DNA from: Solirubrobacteraceae bacterium
Lineage (GTDB): Bacteria; Actinomycetota; Thermoleophilia; Solirubrobacterales; Solirubrobacteraceae
DNA length: 64,000 nucleotides
NCBI GenBank assembly: GCA_049513255.1
Contig: JBEKWH010000006.1
Location: 80,890-144,889 of the forward strand
Direction of reading: 5' to 3'
A program made the translations under genes and the position numbers. Below are positions 28,639-38,187 of this stretch, piece by piece. Numbering within the stretch: the stretch's first letter is position 1; every line of letters begins with the position of its first letter. Under the pieces are notes generated by a model. The model did no database searches and was not told where the DNA came from. It saw only the letters and a list, made by a program, of their open reading frames with translations.

Positions 28639-29541
28639 CTAGCTCGCGATCGCCGCGAACGCATCGAGCATCAACCCGCCGGCGGGGAGCACCTCGACGA
28701 TCTCGCCGCCGCGCTCGCGGGCCGCGGGGAGGCTGTCGGTGGCGTAGATGCGCCTCACTCCGAGCGCCGGCAGCTCGCGCCAGCGCTCGCCGGTGAAGAG
28801 CCCGTGGGTGACGAAGACGTCGATCTCCCGCGCGCCCGCCCGTCGCAGCGCGGCGCACGCCGAGACGAGCGTGCCACCGGTGTCGAGGATGTCGTCCACG
28901 ATCACGGCCCGCGATGAGATCGCGCCGGTGAGCGAGCTGTGCGCGACTCCGTTCGCGTCACGTCGCTTGTGCAGTCGAGCGAGCGCAGAGCCATTCATGC
29001 CCGCCGCGCGGATCACAGCTTCAGCTCTCTCCACTGCGCCGTCATCCGGCGCCACGACGCTGACGCCGGCCAGCCCGCGCCCGGTGAGTACCTCGGCGAA
29101 CAGCGCCGCCGGCGAGAGCGAGTCGAGCTGCATCGGAAAGCACGCCGCCGCCCGGCTGCTGTGCACATCGAGCGTCAGCACCCGATCGACGCCGCCGGCG
29201 CGCAGCAGATCGCCGGCCCAGGCGGCGCCCAGGCTCTGACCGTGCTCGGCCCGGTCCTGGCGCGCATAGCCCAGGTACGGCAGCAGCGCCACGACCTGCC
29301 GCGCACCCTCGCGCTTGAGCGTATGGGCCAGGGCCAGCACCGACAGGATCTGCTCGTCCGGTGGCGCCAGGGAGCCCCAGATCGCGCAGATCCGGCCCGC
29401 TGCCGGATCGCCGACGCGCACGTACAGCTCGCCATTGGCGAAGCGGTCGAGCTCGCAACTTCCCAGGACGGACGTTGAACGCTCGATCAGCTCGCCCGAC
29501 AGCAGCGGGCGGTACTGCGGGAGCGGGAAGATGATCGACAT
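28639..29541 (-). CDS. prs: Ribose-phosphate pyrophosphokinase (PRPP synthetase)
   Basis: FANGE, PYLGYARQDR, LDVHS, APDDG, VDDILDTGGT and THG motifs. Confidence 0.92.
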   Translation of the reverse strand: MSIIFPLPQYRPLLSGELIERSTSVLGSCELDRFANGELYVRVGDPAAGRICAIWGSLAPPDEQILSVLALAHTLKREGARQVVALLPYLGYARQDRAEHGQSLGAAWAGDLLRAGGVDRVLTLDVHSSRAAACFPMQLDSLSPAALFAEVLTGRGLAGVSVVAPDDGAVERAEAVIRAAGMNGSALARLHKRRDANGVAHSSLTGAISSRAVIVDDILDTGGTLVSACAALRRAGAREIDVFVTHGLFTGERWRELPALGVRRIYATDSLPAARERGGEIVEVLPAGGLMLDAFAAIAS

Positions 29542-29623
29542 GCGATTTACGTAGTTCGCCCCAGCGCAACCCGTTCCCTGTGCGGATGCGCGAGCCGGAT
29601 GCAGCCAAGAGACTAGACGGGCG

Positions 29624-29857
29624 ATGACACGAGCTCTCCTACACCGATCTGGCCGTCGCCGAGCGCCGACCGTGCTGCCCCGCTCCGGCAGCTACGTGAC
29701 AGACGGCCGCAGGCTGTTCCGCGTCGTCTCGCAGTTCGCCTTCGCCGGCGACCACGTCGTCGCTTCGCTCGAGGACTGCCTAACGCTCGACGTGCGCGCA
29801 TACTCTCCCGACGAGCTGCACGCAATGGGGCTGCGAGCGGTTCGAACTGGCCGATGA
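29624..29857 (+). CDS. Small hypothetical protein
   Basis: ATGA overlap with the downstream USP; protein-like composition (YVTDGRRLFRVV...LEDCLTL). Confidence 0.6.
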   Translation: MTRALLHRSGRRRAPTVLPRSGSYVTDGRRLFRVVSQFAFAGDHVVASLEDCLTLDVRAYSPDELHAMGLRAVRTGR

Positions 29858-30711
29858 GCGCACGCGGCGCGAAAGCGCCAGACTCGCCTCGCGCAGCGCG
29901 GACGGTCCTCGCCGCGATCGCCGACGACGCGGCGGCTGCCGGCGTGCTCTCGGCGGCCGGCGCGATCGCGACCCTGTACTCCGCGACGGTGGAAGCGGTG
30001 CACGTGGGCGAGGCGAGCCCGGCGCTCGCCACGAAGGCGCGAGGTGCGGGCGTTCCCGTGAGAACGGTCCCGGGTCGGCCCATCGAGGCGCTCACACAGG
30101 TGGCTGCGGACGAGCGCGTGGTTGCAGTGGTGATCGGCGCGAACGGCAGCGCCGCGGGCAGCGGTCGCGCAGACCACACCGCGATGGCTCTGTTCACCTC
30201 GCTCGAGAAGCCGATTGCCGTCGTGCCCGCCAACGCGCCCGTCGCGCACCCCATCCGGAGCATGCTCGTGCCGCTCGACGGGACTGCAGCGAGTGCGGCG
30301 GCGCTGCAGGAGATCGTCGCGCTGGCTTCGGACGCCGAGGTGCAGATCGTCGTGGCGCACGTGCACCAGGAGCGCTCGCTGCCTGCGTTCAGCGATCAGC
30401 TCGCCCATGAGGTGCGCGCGTGGAGCGATGAGTTCATCGCGCGCCACTGCCCTTCGGCAAGCCAGGTCACACTCGAGTCGCGTGTCGGCGAGCCGCACGA
30501 ACATCTGCTCGACATCCTGCGCCGCAGCGGCTGCGACCTCGTCGCGCTCGGGTGGAGCCAGGACCTCGCCGGCGGACGCGCGGCGGTCGTGCGCGGAATG
30601 CTCGCCGAGTCACCCGTGCCCGTGCTGCTCACACCCGTGCACAGCGATTCCGTGTTCGCGCTCGCGGCCGCTGCAACCGCCGCCGGCGCGGCTGACATCC
30701 CGCCGGCATGA
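29854..30711 (+). CDS. Tandem-domain universal stress protein
   Basis: SMLVPLDGTAAS and CDLVALGWS...VRGML..SPVPVLL motifs. Confidence 0.85.
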   Translation: MSARGAKAPDSPRAARTVLAAIADDAAAAGVLSAAGAIATLYSATVEAVHVGEASPALATKARGAGVPVRTVPGRPIEALTQVAADERVVAVVIGANGSAAGSGRADHTAMALFTSLEKPIAVVPANAPVAHPIRSMLVPLDGTAASAAALQEIVALASDAEVQIVVAHVHQERSLPAFSDQLAHEVRAWSDEFIARHCPSASQVTLESRVGEPHEHLLDILRRSGCDLVALGWSQDLAGGRAAVVRGMLAESPVPVLLTPVHSDSVFALAAAATAAGAADIPPA

Positions 30712-31853
30712 CGACCGTCGGCCGGCGCACGCTCTTGGCGATCGCCCTCGGCGTCGGCCTGGCGGGCGGCGCGCTGGCGCTCGCGCTGGCGCTGGCCGTC
30801 GGCGCGCTGCACACGGGCTCCGGCGTCAGCGCGAGCGCAAGGGCGACAACGGTGATCGAGCCTGTGCCGCAGAGCGTGAGCGCGAGCGGCTCGTCCGCGG
30901 TGAACTGGGCGGCCGCGTATGCGCAGGCCGCGCCGGGCACGGTCGACATCACCGCCCAGACGGTGACGAGCGAGAACACGCCGTTCGGGCCGACGCAGCA
31001 GCCGGTGACCGACGAGGGATCGGGCTTCGTGATCGACAGCGAAGGTCGCGTCCTGACCGCCGCGCACGTAGTCGCGGGCGCGAGCTCGGTGACGGTCACC
31101 TTCCAGGACGGCGCCACACGGGGCGCGAAGGTGCTGGGCGAAGACGACTCCTCCGATGTCGCGGTGCTGCGCGTCGCTCCCGCGGGCCTGACGCTGCACC
31201 CGCTGACGCTCGGCAGCTCAGCGTCGCTGGCCGTTGGGGATCCCGTGGGCGTGATCGGCGACCCGCTCGGGTTCGACCGCAGCCTCAGCACCGGTGTGGT
31301 CTCCGCCCTGGAACGCACGATCGAAGCGCCCGACGGGTTCGTGATCCCCCACGCCGTGCAGACCGACGCGGCACTGAATCCGGGCAACTCCGGCGGCCCC
31401 CTGCTGAGCTCCCAGGGTCAGGTGATCGCGATCGCCGATCAGATCGCCACCGGCACGAACGCGTTCGGCCGCTCGAGCTCCGACACGAACACCGGGGTCG
31501 GCTTCGCGGTCCCGATCGACCTCGCCAAGGCCGAGCTGTCCAAGCTCGAGCGCGGCGAACACGTGACACACGCCTACCTGGGCGTGAGCACGGCCACCAC
31601 GACGAGCACACCCACCGAACAGGGAGCGCTCGTCGAAGCGGTGCAGAAGGGGACGCCTGCCGCCAAGGCGGGGCTCCGCGCCGGTGATGTGATCGTCTCA
31701 TTCGACGGCACCACGATCCACGGCGCCAGCGGCCTGATCGACGCGCTCGCCGCCGCCCGAGTCGGGGAGAAGGTCCAGCTGACGGTGCTGCGCAGCCACA
31801 GTCGCTTGACGCTCACGGTCACACTTGCCGCGCAGCCCACGCAGGCCGAATAG
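30708..31853 (+). CDS. HtrA/DegS-type serine protease (TM anchor, trypsin, PDZ)
   Basis: GSGFVI, TAAHVV, DVAVL, QTDAALNPGNSGGPL and PDZ motif PAAKAGLRAGDVI. Confidence 0.94.
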   Translation: MTTVGRRTLLAIALGVGLAGGALALALALAVGALHTGSGVSASARATTVIEPVPQSVSASGSSAVNWAAAYAQAAPGTVDITAQTVTSENTPFGPTQQPVTDEGSGFVIDSEGRVLTAAHVVAGASSVTVTFQDGATRGAKVLGEDDSSDVAVLRVAPAGLTLHPLTLGSSASLAVGDPVGVIGDPLGFDRSLSTGVVSALERTIEAPDGFVIPHAVQTDAALNPGNSGGPLLSSQGQVIAIADQIATGTNAFGRSSSDTNTGVGFAVPIDLAKAELSKLERGEHVTHAYLGVSTATTTSTPTEQGALVEAVQKGTPAAKAGLRAGDVIVSFDGTTIHGASGLIDALAAARVGEKVQLTVLRSHSRLTLTVTLAAQPTQAE

Positions 31854-33579
31854 GCTTGTAGCGATCACCGACGACGGCTACAAGTGGGTCGCCCTGTCGA
31901 ATACGACGCTCGGCGTGCTGCTGGCGACGATCGACGCCTCGATCACGCTGATCGCGATGCCGGACATCTTCCGCGGCATCCACCTGGACCCGCTGGCGCC
32001 TGGCAACAGCTTCTACCTGCTGTGGATGATCCTTGGCTTCCTGGTGGTGACGAGCGTGCTGGTCGTCAGCCTGGGCCGGCTGGGCGACCTGTTCGGGCGG
32101 GTGCGCATGTACAACCTCGGCTTCGTGATCTACACGACCGCGTCGCTGTTCCTGGCGGTCGACTGGCTCACCGGACGTTCGGGAGCCACCTACCTGATCG
32201 CCTTCCGCGTCGTGCAGGGCGTCGGCGCGGCGTTCCTGCTCGCCAACTCCGCCGCGATCCTGACCGACGCGTTCCCCTCCCACCAGCGCGGCCTGGCGCT
32301 CGGGATCAACAACATCGCCGGCATCAGCGGCCAGTTCATCGGGCTGCTGCTCGGCGGCCTGCTCGGACCGATCGACTGGCGCCTGGTGTTCCTGGTGTCG
32401 GTGCCGATCGGACTGTTCGGGACGGTCTGGGCGTATCTGAAGCTCGAGGAACGCGGCGTCCCGCACAGGGCGCCGATCGACTGGCGCGGCAACATCGTCT
32501 TCGCGGTCGGCTTGATCCTCGTGATGGTCGGCATCACCTACGGGATCCAGCCCTACGGCACCCACGCGCTCGGCTGGAGCAATCCGCGCGTGCTCGCCGA
32601 GCTGATCAGCGGGGCGGCGCTGCTGGTCGTGTTCGCCGTGATCGAGCGCCAGGTGCCCGAGCCGATGTTCCGCCTGCCGCTGTTTCGCATTCGCGCCTAC
32701 ACGTTCGGCGTGATGTCGAGCTTCCTCTCGGCGGTCGCGCGCGGCGGGCTGATGTTCATGCTGATCATCTGGCTGCAGGGCATCTGGCTGCCCCGCCACG
32801 GCTACAGCTTCACCGAGACGCCGCTGTGGGCGGGCATCTACATGCTCCCGCTCACGCTCGGCTTCCTGATCGCCGGGCCGGCATCCGGCTACCTGTCCGA
32901 CCGCTACGGCGCGCGTCCGTTCGCCACCGGCGGGATGCTCATCGCTGCCGTCAGCTTCCTGCTGCTGGAGCTGCTGCCGATCGACTTCCCCTACCCGGCG
33001 TTCGCCGCGATCCTGCTGCTGAACGGGCTGGCGATGGGCTCGTTCGCCTCCCCCAACCGCGCAGGGATCATGAACAGCCTCCCTCCCGCCGACCGTGGCG
33101 CCGGCGGCGGCATGAACCAGACGTTCCAGAACTCCGCCCAGGTGCTGTCGATCGGGATCTTCTTCACGCTGATGATCTCCGGTCTGGCCTCCACGCTCCC
33201 CGCCAGCCTCTCCACCGGCCTGCAGGCCCACGGCGTGTCGGCGAGCCTCGCCTCGCGGGTCGGCCACCAGCCCCCCGTCTCGATCCTGTTCGCGGCCTTC
33301 CTCGGCTACAACCCGATCCAGAAGCTGCTCGGCGCCCACGCGCTCAGCCTGCTCTCGCCCGCCAACGCCGCCACCGTCACGGGGCGCTCGTTCTTCCCGC
33401 AGCTGATCTCCAGCCCGTTTCACTCGGGCCTGCACGCCGCATTCGCGTTCGCGATCGTCGCCTGCCTGCTCGCGGCGGCCGCCTCGTGGTCGCGTGGCAG
33501 CCGCTACGTCGCCGGCGAGGTGCCCGAGCACCTTCACGCCGAACACGCACGGGTCTCGGCATCCGGGCCCGTGCCGTAG
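31825..33579 (+). CDS. MFS transporter (DHA2/EmrB-like, about 14 TM); start codon uncertain
   Basis: YKWVALSNTTLG, GRLGDLFGRVR, R.VQGVG and LSDRYGAR motifs. Confidence 0.9.
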   Translation: MPRSPRRPNRLVAITDDGYKWVALSNTTLGVLLATIDASITLIAMPDIFRGIHLDPLAPGNSFYLLWMILGFLVVTSVLVVSLGRLGDLFGRVRMYNLGFVIYTTASLFLAVDWLTGRSGATYLIAFRVVQGVGAAFLLANSAAILTDAFPSHQRGLALGINNIAGISGQFIGLLLGGLLGPIDWRLVFLVSVPIGLFGTVWAYLKLEERGVPHRAPIDWRGNIVFAVGLILVMVGITYGIQPYGTHALGWSNPRVLAELISGAALLVVFAVIERQVPEPMFRLPLFRIRAYTFGVMSSFLSAVARGGLMFMLIIWLQGIWLPRHGYSFTETPLWAGIYMLPLTLGFLIAGPASGYLSDRYGARPFATGGMLIAAVSFLLLELLPIDFPYPAFAAILLLNGLAMGSFASPNRAGIMNSLPPADRGAGGGMNQTFQNSAQVLSIGIFFTLMISGLASTLPASLSTGLQAHGVSASLASRVGHQPPVSILFAAFLGYNPIQKLLGAHALSLLSPANAATVTGRSFFPQLISSPFHSGLHAAFAFAIVACLLAAAASWSRGSRYVAGEVPEHLHAEHARVSASGPVP

Positions 33580-33588
33580 CAGCCCGAT

Positions 33589-35067
33589 TCAGCGCCGGGA
33601 AGTCCCGGCGTCGGTCGAGACCTGCAGTGTGGTCACGCCGCCCACGATCACCCCCGATACGACGAGCGCTTCGCCGCTCAGCGGCTGGAAGGCCACCAGG
33701 CCGGAGCCGCCGGTGACGTCTTCGCCGGTGAGCCTCACCGCGAGCTCGAAGCGCCCGCTGCCGCGTCGCAGCGAGGCGTAGACGGGACCGATGGCGGACG
33801 TCGCGTGACGCACGTCGAACCACGACACGAGCAGCGCCCCATCGGGCCCGGCGGTCGCGTCGTCGAGCGCGCCACCCACGAGGGAGTCGGAGAGCGGCGT
33901 CCAGAAGCCGATCCCGCTCGCGGTGAGCTCGGCGAGCTTGACGATCGGTGAACCCTCCAGCCCGCCCGTCCAGGCAAGGTACACGTGGCCAAAGCTGTCC
34001 ACGAGCGGAGCGATGCCCGCCAGGCCTGCCGCCACGGCCCCACCGGGCGCGTCGGCCGCGATCGATGAGCGCTCGACAGTGAACACCCGCCACGACGCGC
34101 GAGTCGACGCAGCGCGTGCGACCGGTGCGTGCCAGGCGGCGCCTGCACGCAGGACGGTCGCACAGCCTTCGCAGCTGCTGGCGCTCTCCCACGCGAGCAC
34201 GATCGTCCCCGCCGGTGTGATCGCGGCGCGCAGCTTGCTCGTGGGGACGGGCCTGGCGGGAACGGGCAGGCGCGCGACCAGCTGCGACGGGCCCCACGGA
34301 CCCCGCGCGGGGCGAACTCGCGCATACAGATCGCGGCCATCGACCCAAGCCAGCAAGCGCTCCCCGCGCGCGTTCAGGGCGACCGTGAAGGGCTCGCCGG
34401 CCAGCGCCGGTCCGGGGAACGTGAGCGGCTTGCCGAAGGCACCCCCAAGGCTGCGCCCGGCGACGCGAAAGCGCCTGCCGTGTACCCACGCGACGATCGC
34501 GTCGCCACGCTCGTCCGCCGCCGACACCGGCGTGCTGCCGTTCTGATCGAGCACCCTGACGGGACCGAAGCTGCCGTCGGCAGAGCCGTCCGCGTAGATC
34601 ACGCGCACACGCAGGACCGTGCCCGGATAGCCGGCGCAGCACGGCAGAGTCCCCGGCGGCCGTGCGCCGCCCGACGCGGTCACCGCTTCGGAGCCCACGA
34701 GCATCGCGCGCCCGCTGCCATACAGCTGCAGCTGCTCGATCGCCGTGAACGGCAGTTCCGGTGTCTGACCCCAACCACCGCCCGCGACGCGGGTCTCGCC
34801 ACCGTCGAGGAGCCGCGGCGACTGCAGCGCGTACGGGTTGCCGGCCCACACGAGCAGCCCGTCACCGGCGGGGTCGAAGGACAGCGCGGTCGGGCCCACG
34901 ACGCCGGCGGGCGACAGCGTTTCCGTCCGCCACCCCGCTTGCGCCGCCGCCGGCCCAACGTGCAGCGCCATCCCCGCGAGCACGGCAGCCACGGCCCCCG
35001 CGCCGATGCGCCTGCGGGGCGCTGGGTGTCGGCGCAGCTCGCGCGCGATCCCTCCAGCGCGGGTCAT
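33589..35067 (-). CDS. Secreted hypothetical protein with repeated beta-rich units (same type as 15757-17613)
   Basis: Signal peptide ending AAAQA; repeats such as ERGDAIVAW, ARGERLLAW and GAFGKPLTF. Confidence 0.7.
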   Translation of the reverse strand: MTRAGGIARELRRHPAPRRRIGAGAVAAVLAGMALHVGPAAAQAGWRTETLSPAGVVGPTALSFDPAGDGLLVWAGNPYALQSPRLLDGGETRVAGGGWGQTPELPFTAIEQLQLYGSGRAMLVGSEAVTASGGARPPGTLPCCAGYPGTVLRVRVIYADGSADGSFGPVRVLDQNGSTPVSAADERGDAIVAWVHGRRFRVAGRSLGGAFGKPLTFPGPALAGEPFTVALNARGERLLAWVDGRDLYARVRPARGPWGPSQLVARLPVPARPVPTSKLRAAITPAGTIVLAWESASSCEGCATVLRAGAAWHAPVARAASTRASWRVFTVERSSIAADAPGGAVAAGLAGIAPLVDSFGHVYLAWTGGLEGSPIVKLAELTASGIGFWTPLSDSLVGGALDDATAGPDGALLVSWFDVRHATSAIGPVYASLRRGSGRFELAVRLTGEDVTGGSGLVAFQPLSGEALVVSGVIVGGVTTLQVSTDAGTSRR

Positions 35068-35076
35068 ACAGCCGCG

Positions 35077-37518
35077 CTACGCGCCGATCGAAGCGGCGGG
35101 CTCATCGGGTCCTCCGCGGTGGCCCCACTTGCGTGCGGACAGCGCCATCGCGGCCAGACGCTCCTGGACGCGGGCGTGCAGCGTTCCCGCTGGATAGGCG
35201 CCATCGGTCCCGCGCTCGCCGGCGGGCAGGCCCGTGAGGATCTCGATCCCCTGATCGATGCTGTCGACCGCCCAGATGTGAAAGCGACCGTCCCTGACCG
35301 CCGCCAGCACGGGCTCGTCGAGCATCAGGTGACGGCGGTTTGCGGCAGGGATGATCACGCCCTGCTCGCCCGTGAGCTCGGCGCGCTCACAGGCCGCGAA
35401 GAAGCCCTCGATCTTTTCCGTCACCCCGCCCACGGCCTGCACGCGGCCGTACTGGTCGACCGAGCCGGTGACCGCGATGCCCTGGTCGATGGGCGCGCCG
35501 GCGAGGCTCGAGAGCAGCGCGTGGAGCTCGCTGCTGGATGCCGAGTCGCCTTCCATGCCGGCATAGGACTGCTCGAAGGTCAAGCTCGCGGACAGCGACA
35601 GCGGCACGTCATCGCCGTAGCGCTGCTCTAGATAGCCGCGCAGCGTGAGGAACCCCTTGTCGTGGATCGGCCCGCTGAGCTTGCTCTCGCGGTCGATGCT
35701 CACCAGCTCGCCGCCGCCGGTCGCGGTCGTCGCTGTGATGCGCGCCGGGTGCCCGAAGGCGTAGTCGCCCAGCGCGACGACGGCCAGTCCGTTGACCTGG
35801 CCGACCGCGCTGCCGCACAGCTGGATGTGCAGCGTTCCTTCGTCGACCATCTCGGCCAGGCGCTGCTCGAGCAGGTCCGAGCGTGTGCGCCGCTCGCGGA
35901 TCGCCTGCTCGACGTGCTCGGCTGCCACCACCTTCGCCCCGGCTTGCGCGGCCCAGTGACTGGCCTCGGTGACGACGTCGGCGACCTCCTGGAAGCGCGT
36001 GGAGAGCTTGCCCTGGTGGGCGGCGCGGCGGGCACCGTCCTCGACCACGCGCGCGACCGCGCCGGCGTCGAAGTGCAGCAGCCCCTCGCGCGCGACCTGG
36101 GTGCTGATGAACGTGGCGTAGCCCGAGGACCCCTCATCGCTCCACGGCATCTGCGTGTCGAAGTCGGCCTTTACGCGGAACAGCTCGCGTACGTCCTCGT
36201 CGAGCGCGTGCATCAGCTCGTACAGCTCGCCCGAGCCGACGAGCACGACCTTCACCTCGACGGGGACGGGCTCCGGCGTGAGCGAGGCGGTCGGGAACAG
36301 CATGAACTGCTCGCCGAGGTTCTCGACCTGCGCGAGGCCGGAGCGCAGCACCTCCTTGAGCTTCTCCCAGGCGAACGGCTGGCGCAGCACGTCGGCGGCG
36401 CGCAGGATCAGGTAGCCGCCGCTCGCCGTGTGGATCGCGCCGGCCCTGATGTGGCGGTGGTCGGTGATCGCCGCACCGAGCGTCGTCTCGAACTCGATGC
36501 GCCCGAACAGACGCGGGTACGTCGGGTTGCGCTCCACCACCACCGGCGCACACTGCGCGTCGCTCGCCACGAACACGTTGACTTCGTAACGGGCCCGGAA
36601 CGCGTCCGCGCCCCGGCCGAGCACGATGCCGAGCGGCGCCGTGAGCTGGCTCTGCTCGGCACCGGCGAGAAAGCCGCCGTAGTTGTCGATCACATCCTCG
36701 CGAACACGCTCGAGCCAGCCGGCCACCGCCTCCACCCCACCGTGCTCGCGCTTGACGTCGTCGATCAGGTGCCCGACCGCGAACAGGACCACCTCCCTCT
36801 CCAGCGCGCGCACCCGCTCGCGTACGCGCGATTCGATCTCGCGCATCTGGGGGATCACGCCGACCATCCGCTGTTCGACCTCGTGGCTCGCGGCGTCGAG
36901 GTCCCGGCGTGTCTGCTCTGGCAGCCGCTCGAACTCCTGGGGCGTGACGGGCCGTCCGTGCACGAGCGGGATCGTGACCGCACCGGCCGGCGTGACCTCG
37001 AGATTCAGCCCGCGTGAGCGCGCGAACGTGCGCACCTGCTCGAGCAGCTCCTGGCGCTCGCGCTCGAACGGCTCGACGACCTCGCCCCGGCGGCGCTGGT
37101 AGCTCTCGCTCTCGAACGCGTGCGGGATCTCCGTGCCGGCCTGCTGAACGAAGGCGCTCATCGCCCGCTCGAGACGGCGCCCGTCGCCGGGTGCCAGCAA
37201 GGCGCACAACGGCTTGGTGGGCTCATCGAAGTTGAACAGGAACACAACGTCGCGTGAGGCTGGACGAGCGTCGGCGTGCGTGCGCACGCGCGCTTGCACC
37301 GTCTCGCGCTTGCCCGTGCCATCGGGGCCGGTCGCGAACACGTTGTATCCCCGCTGTGGCACCTCGACCGCGAAGTCGATCGCGCGCAGCGCCCGCTGCT
37401 GGCCGCTCGCGCCGTCCGCCGGCTCGATCTCGGCGGTCGTAGCGAACGGCAGCGCCGCAGGATCGCAAAACCGGCGCAGCTCCTGCGGCGCAAGCCTCAA
37501 GTCGACGCGCGAGCTCAC
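35077..37518 (-). CDS. Lon-like ATP-dependent serine protease (AAA_32 + Lon_C; LonC/LonB type)
   Basis: GQQRA, GPDGTGK, EGDSAS (catalytic Ser), AVTGSVDQ and GGVTEKIEGF (catalytic Lys). Confidence 0.93.
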   Translation of the reverse strand: MSSRVDLRLAPQELRRFCDPAALPFATTAEIEPADGASGQQRALRAIDFAVEVPQRGYNVFATGPDGTGKRETVQARVRTHADARPASRDVVFLFNFDEPTKPLCALLAPGDGRRLERAMSAFVQQAGTEIPHAFESESYQRRRGEVVEPFERERQELLEQVRTFARSRGLNLEVTPAGAVTIPLVHGRPVTPQEFERLPEQTRRDLDAASHEVEQRMVGVIPQMREIESRVRERVRALEREVVLFAVGHLIDDVKREHGGVEAVAGWLERVREDVIDNYGGFLAGAEQSQLTAPLGIVLGRGADAFRARYEVNVFVASDAQCAPVVVERNPTYPRLFGRIEFETTLGAAITDHRHIRAGAIHTASGGYLILRAADVLRQPFAWEKLKEVLRSGLAQVENLGEQFMLFPTASLTPEPVPVEVKVVLVGSGELYELMHALDEDVRELFRVKADFDTQMPWSDEGSSGYATFISTQVAREGLLHFDAGAVARVVEDGARRAAHQGKLSTRFQEVADVVTEASHWAAQAGAKVVAAEHVEQAIRERRTRSDLLEQRLAEMVDEGTLHIQLCGSAVGQVNGLAVVALGDYAFGHPARITATTATGGGELVSIDRESKLSGPIHDKGFLTLRGYLEQRYGDDVPLSLSASLTFEQSYAGMEGDSASSSELHALLSSLAGAPIDQGIAVTGSVDQYGRVQAVGGVTEKIEGFFAACERAELTGEQGVIIPAANRRHLMLDEPVLAAVRDGRFHIWAVDSIDQGIEILTGLPAGERGTDGAYPAGTLHARVQERLAAMALSARKWGHRGGPDEPAASIGA

Positions 37519-37534
37519 CGCACGGATGCAGCCA

Positions 37535-37990
37535 TCAGCATTTGAGCGAGCCGTAGGCCTGCTTGTAGCTGGTGGAGAGCTGCGCCAGCGCAGCCTTGAT
37601 CTCGGGGCCGACGGACTGCAGCGCCGCTTGGATGCCCCCGGGCACCTTGGCAGCCAGCGCGAGGCCCCCGTCGATCGTCGTCATCTCGGCCTGGAAGCTC
37701 TTCGTGCCCGCTTCGACCTGCTGCTTGACCGCGGGTTCCAGCTTGGGCTCGGCGTCCTTGATCTTGGTGACGCTCCCGTCGATCGCTTCGACGCTCGCCT
37801 TGGCCTCCGTGAGCAGGCTCGCCGAGATCGGCAGCCCTTCCAGCTTGGCCACCTGCGCGGCGATCTCGGTGCGTGCCGAGCACACCTGCGCTTTGGCCTT
37901 CGCCTGGGTCGATTCGCCGCAGCCGGCGAGCAGCAACGGCGCGAGCGCGAGCACGGCTACTGCGGATGGCCTGCGAAGGATTCTGTACAC
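37535..37990 (-). CDS. Putative lipoprotein
   Basis: Lipobox LLLAGC; helical mature region with two further Cys; RBS AGGAGAGG. Confidence 0.78.
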   Translation of the reverse strand: MYRILRRPSAVAVLALAPLLLAGCGESTQAKAKAQVCSARTEIAAQVAKLEGLPISASLLTEAKASVEAIDGSVTKIKDAEPKLEPAVKQQVEAGTKSFQAEMTTIDGGLALAAKVPGGIQAALQSVGPEIKAALAQLSTSYKQAYGSLKC

Positions 37991-38044
37991 GGGGCACCTC
38001 TCCTTTGGAATGCGTTGAGCGCGAGGCTACGCTTGCGGCGCACG

Positions 38045-38151
38045 CGGGGCATCCGGTCCTGGCCCACCGGATACAGCGGGAAAGTACTGAACCGGCGACG
38101 GCGTGCGATGCGAGGTGGAAAAACCACTGCCTCAACCGTGATTATCCCTGA
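38045..38151. promoter_or_regulatory. Divergent promoter with putative 16-bp regulator sites
   Basis: AGCGGGAAAGTACTGA (38075), AGGTGGAAAAACCACT (38113) and ACCGTGATTATCCCTG (38135; 22 bp after the previous site). Confidence 0.45.
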
Positions 38152-38187
38152 TGACAAGTGACTGGCCAGGCGTAGTGTGATGACACC

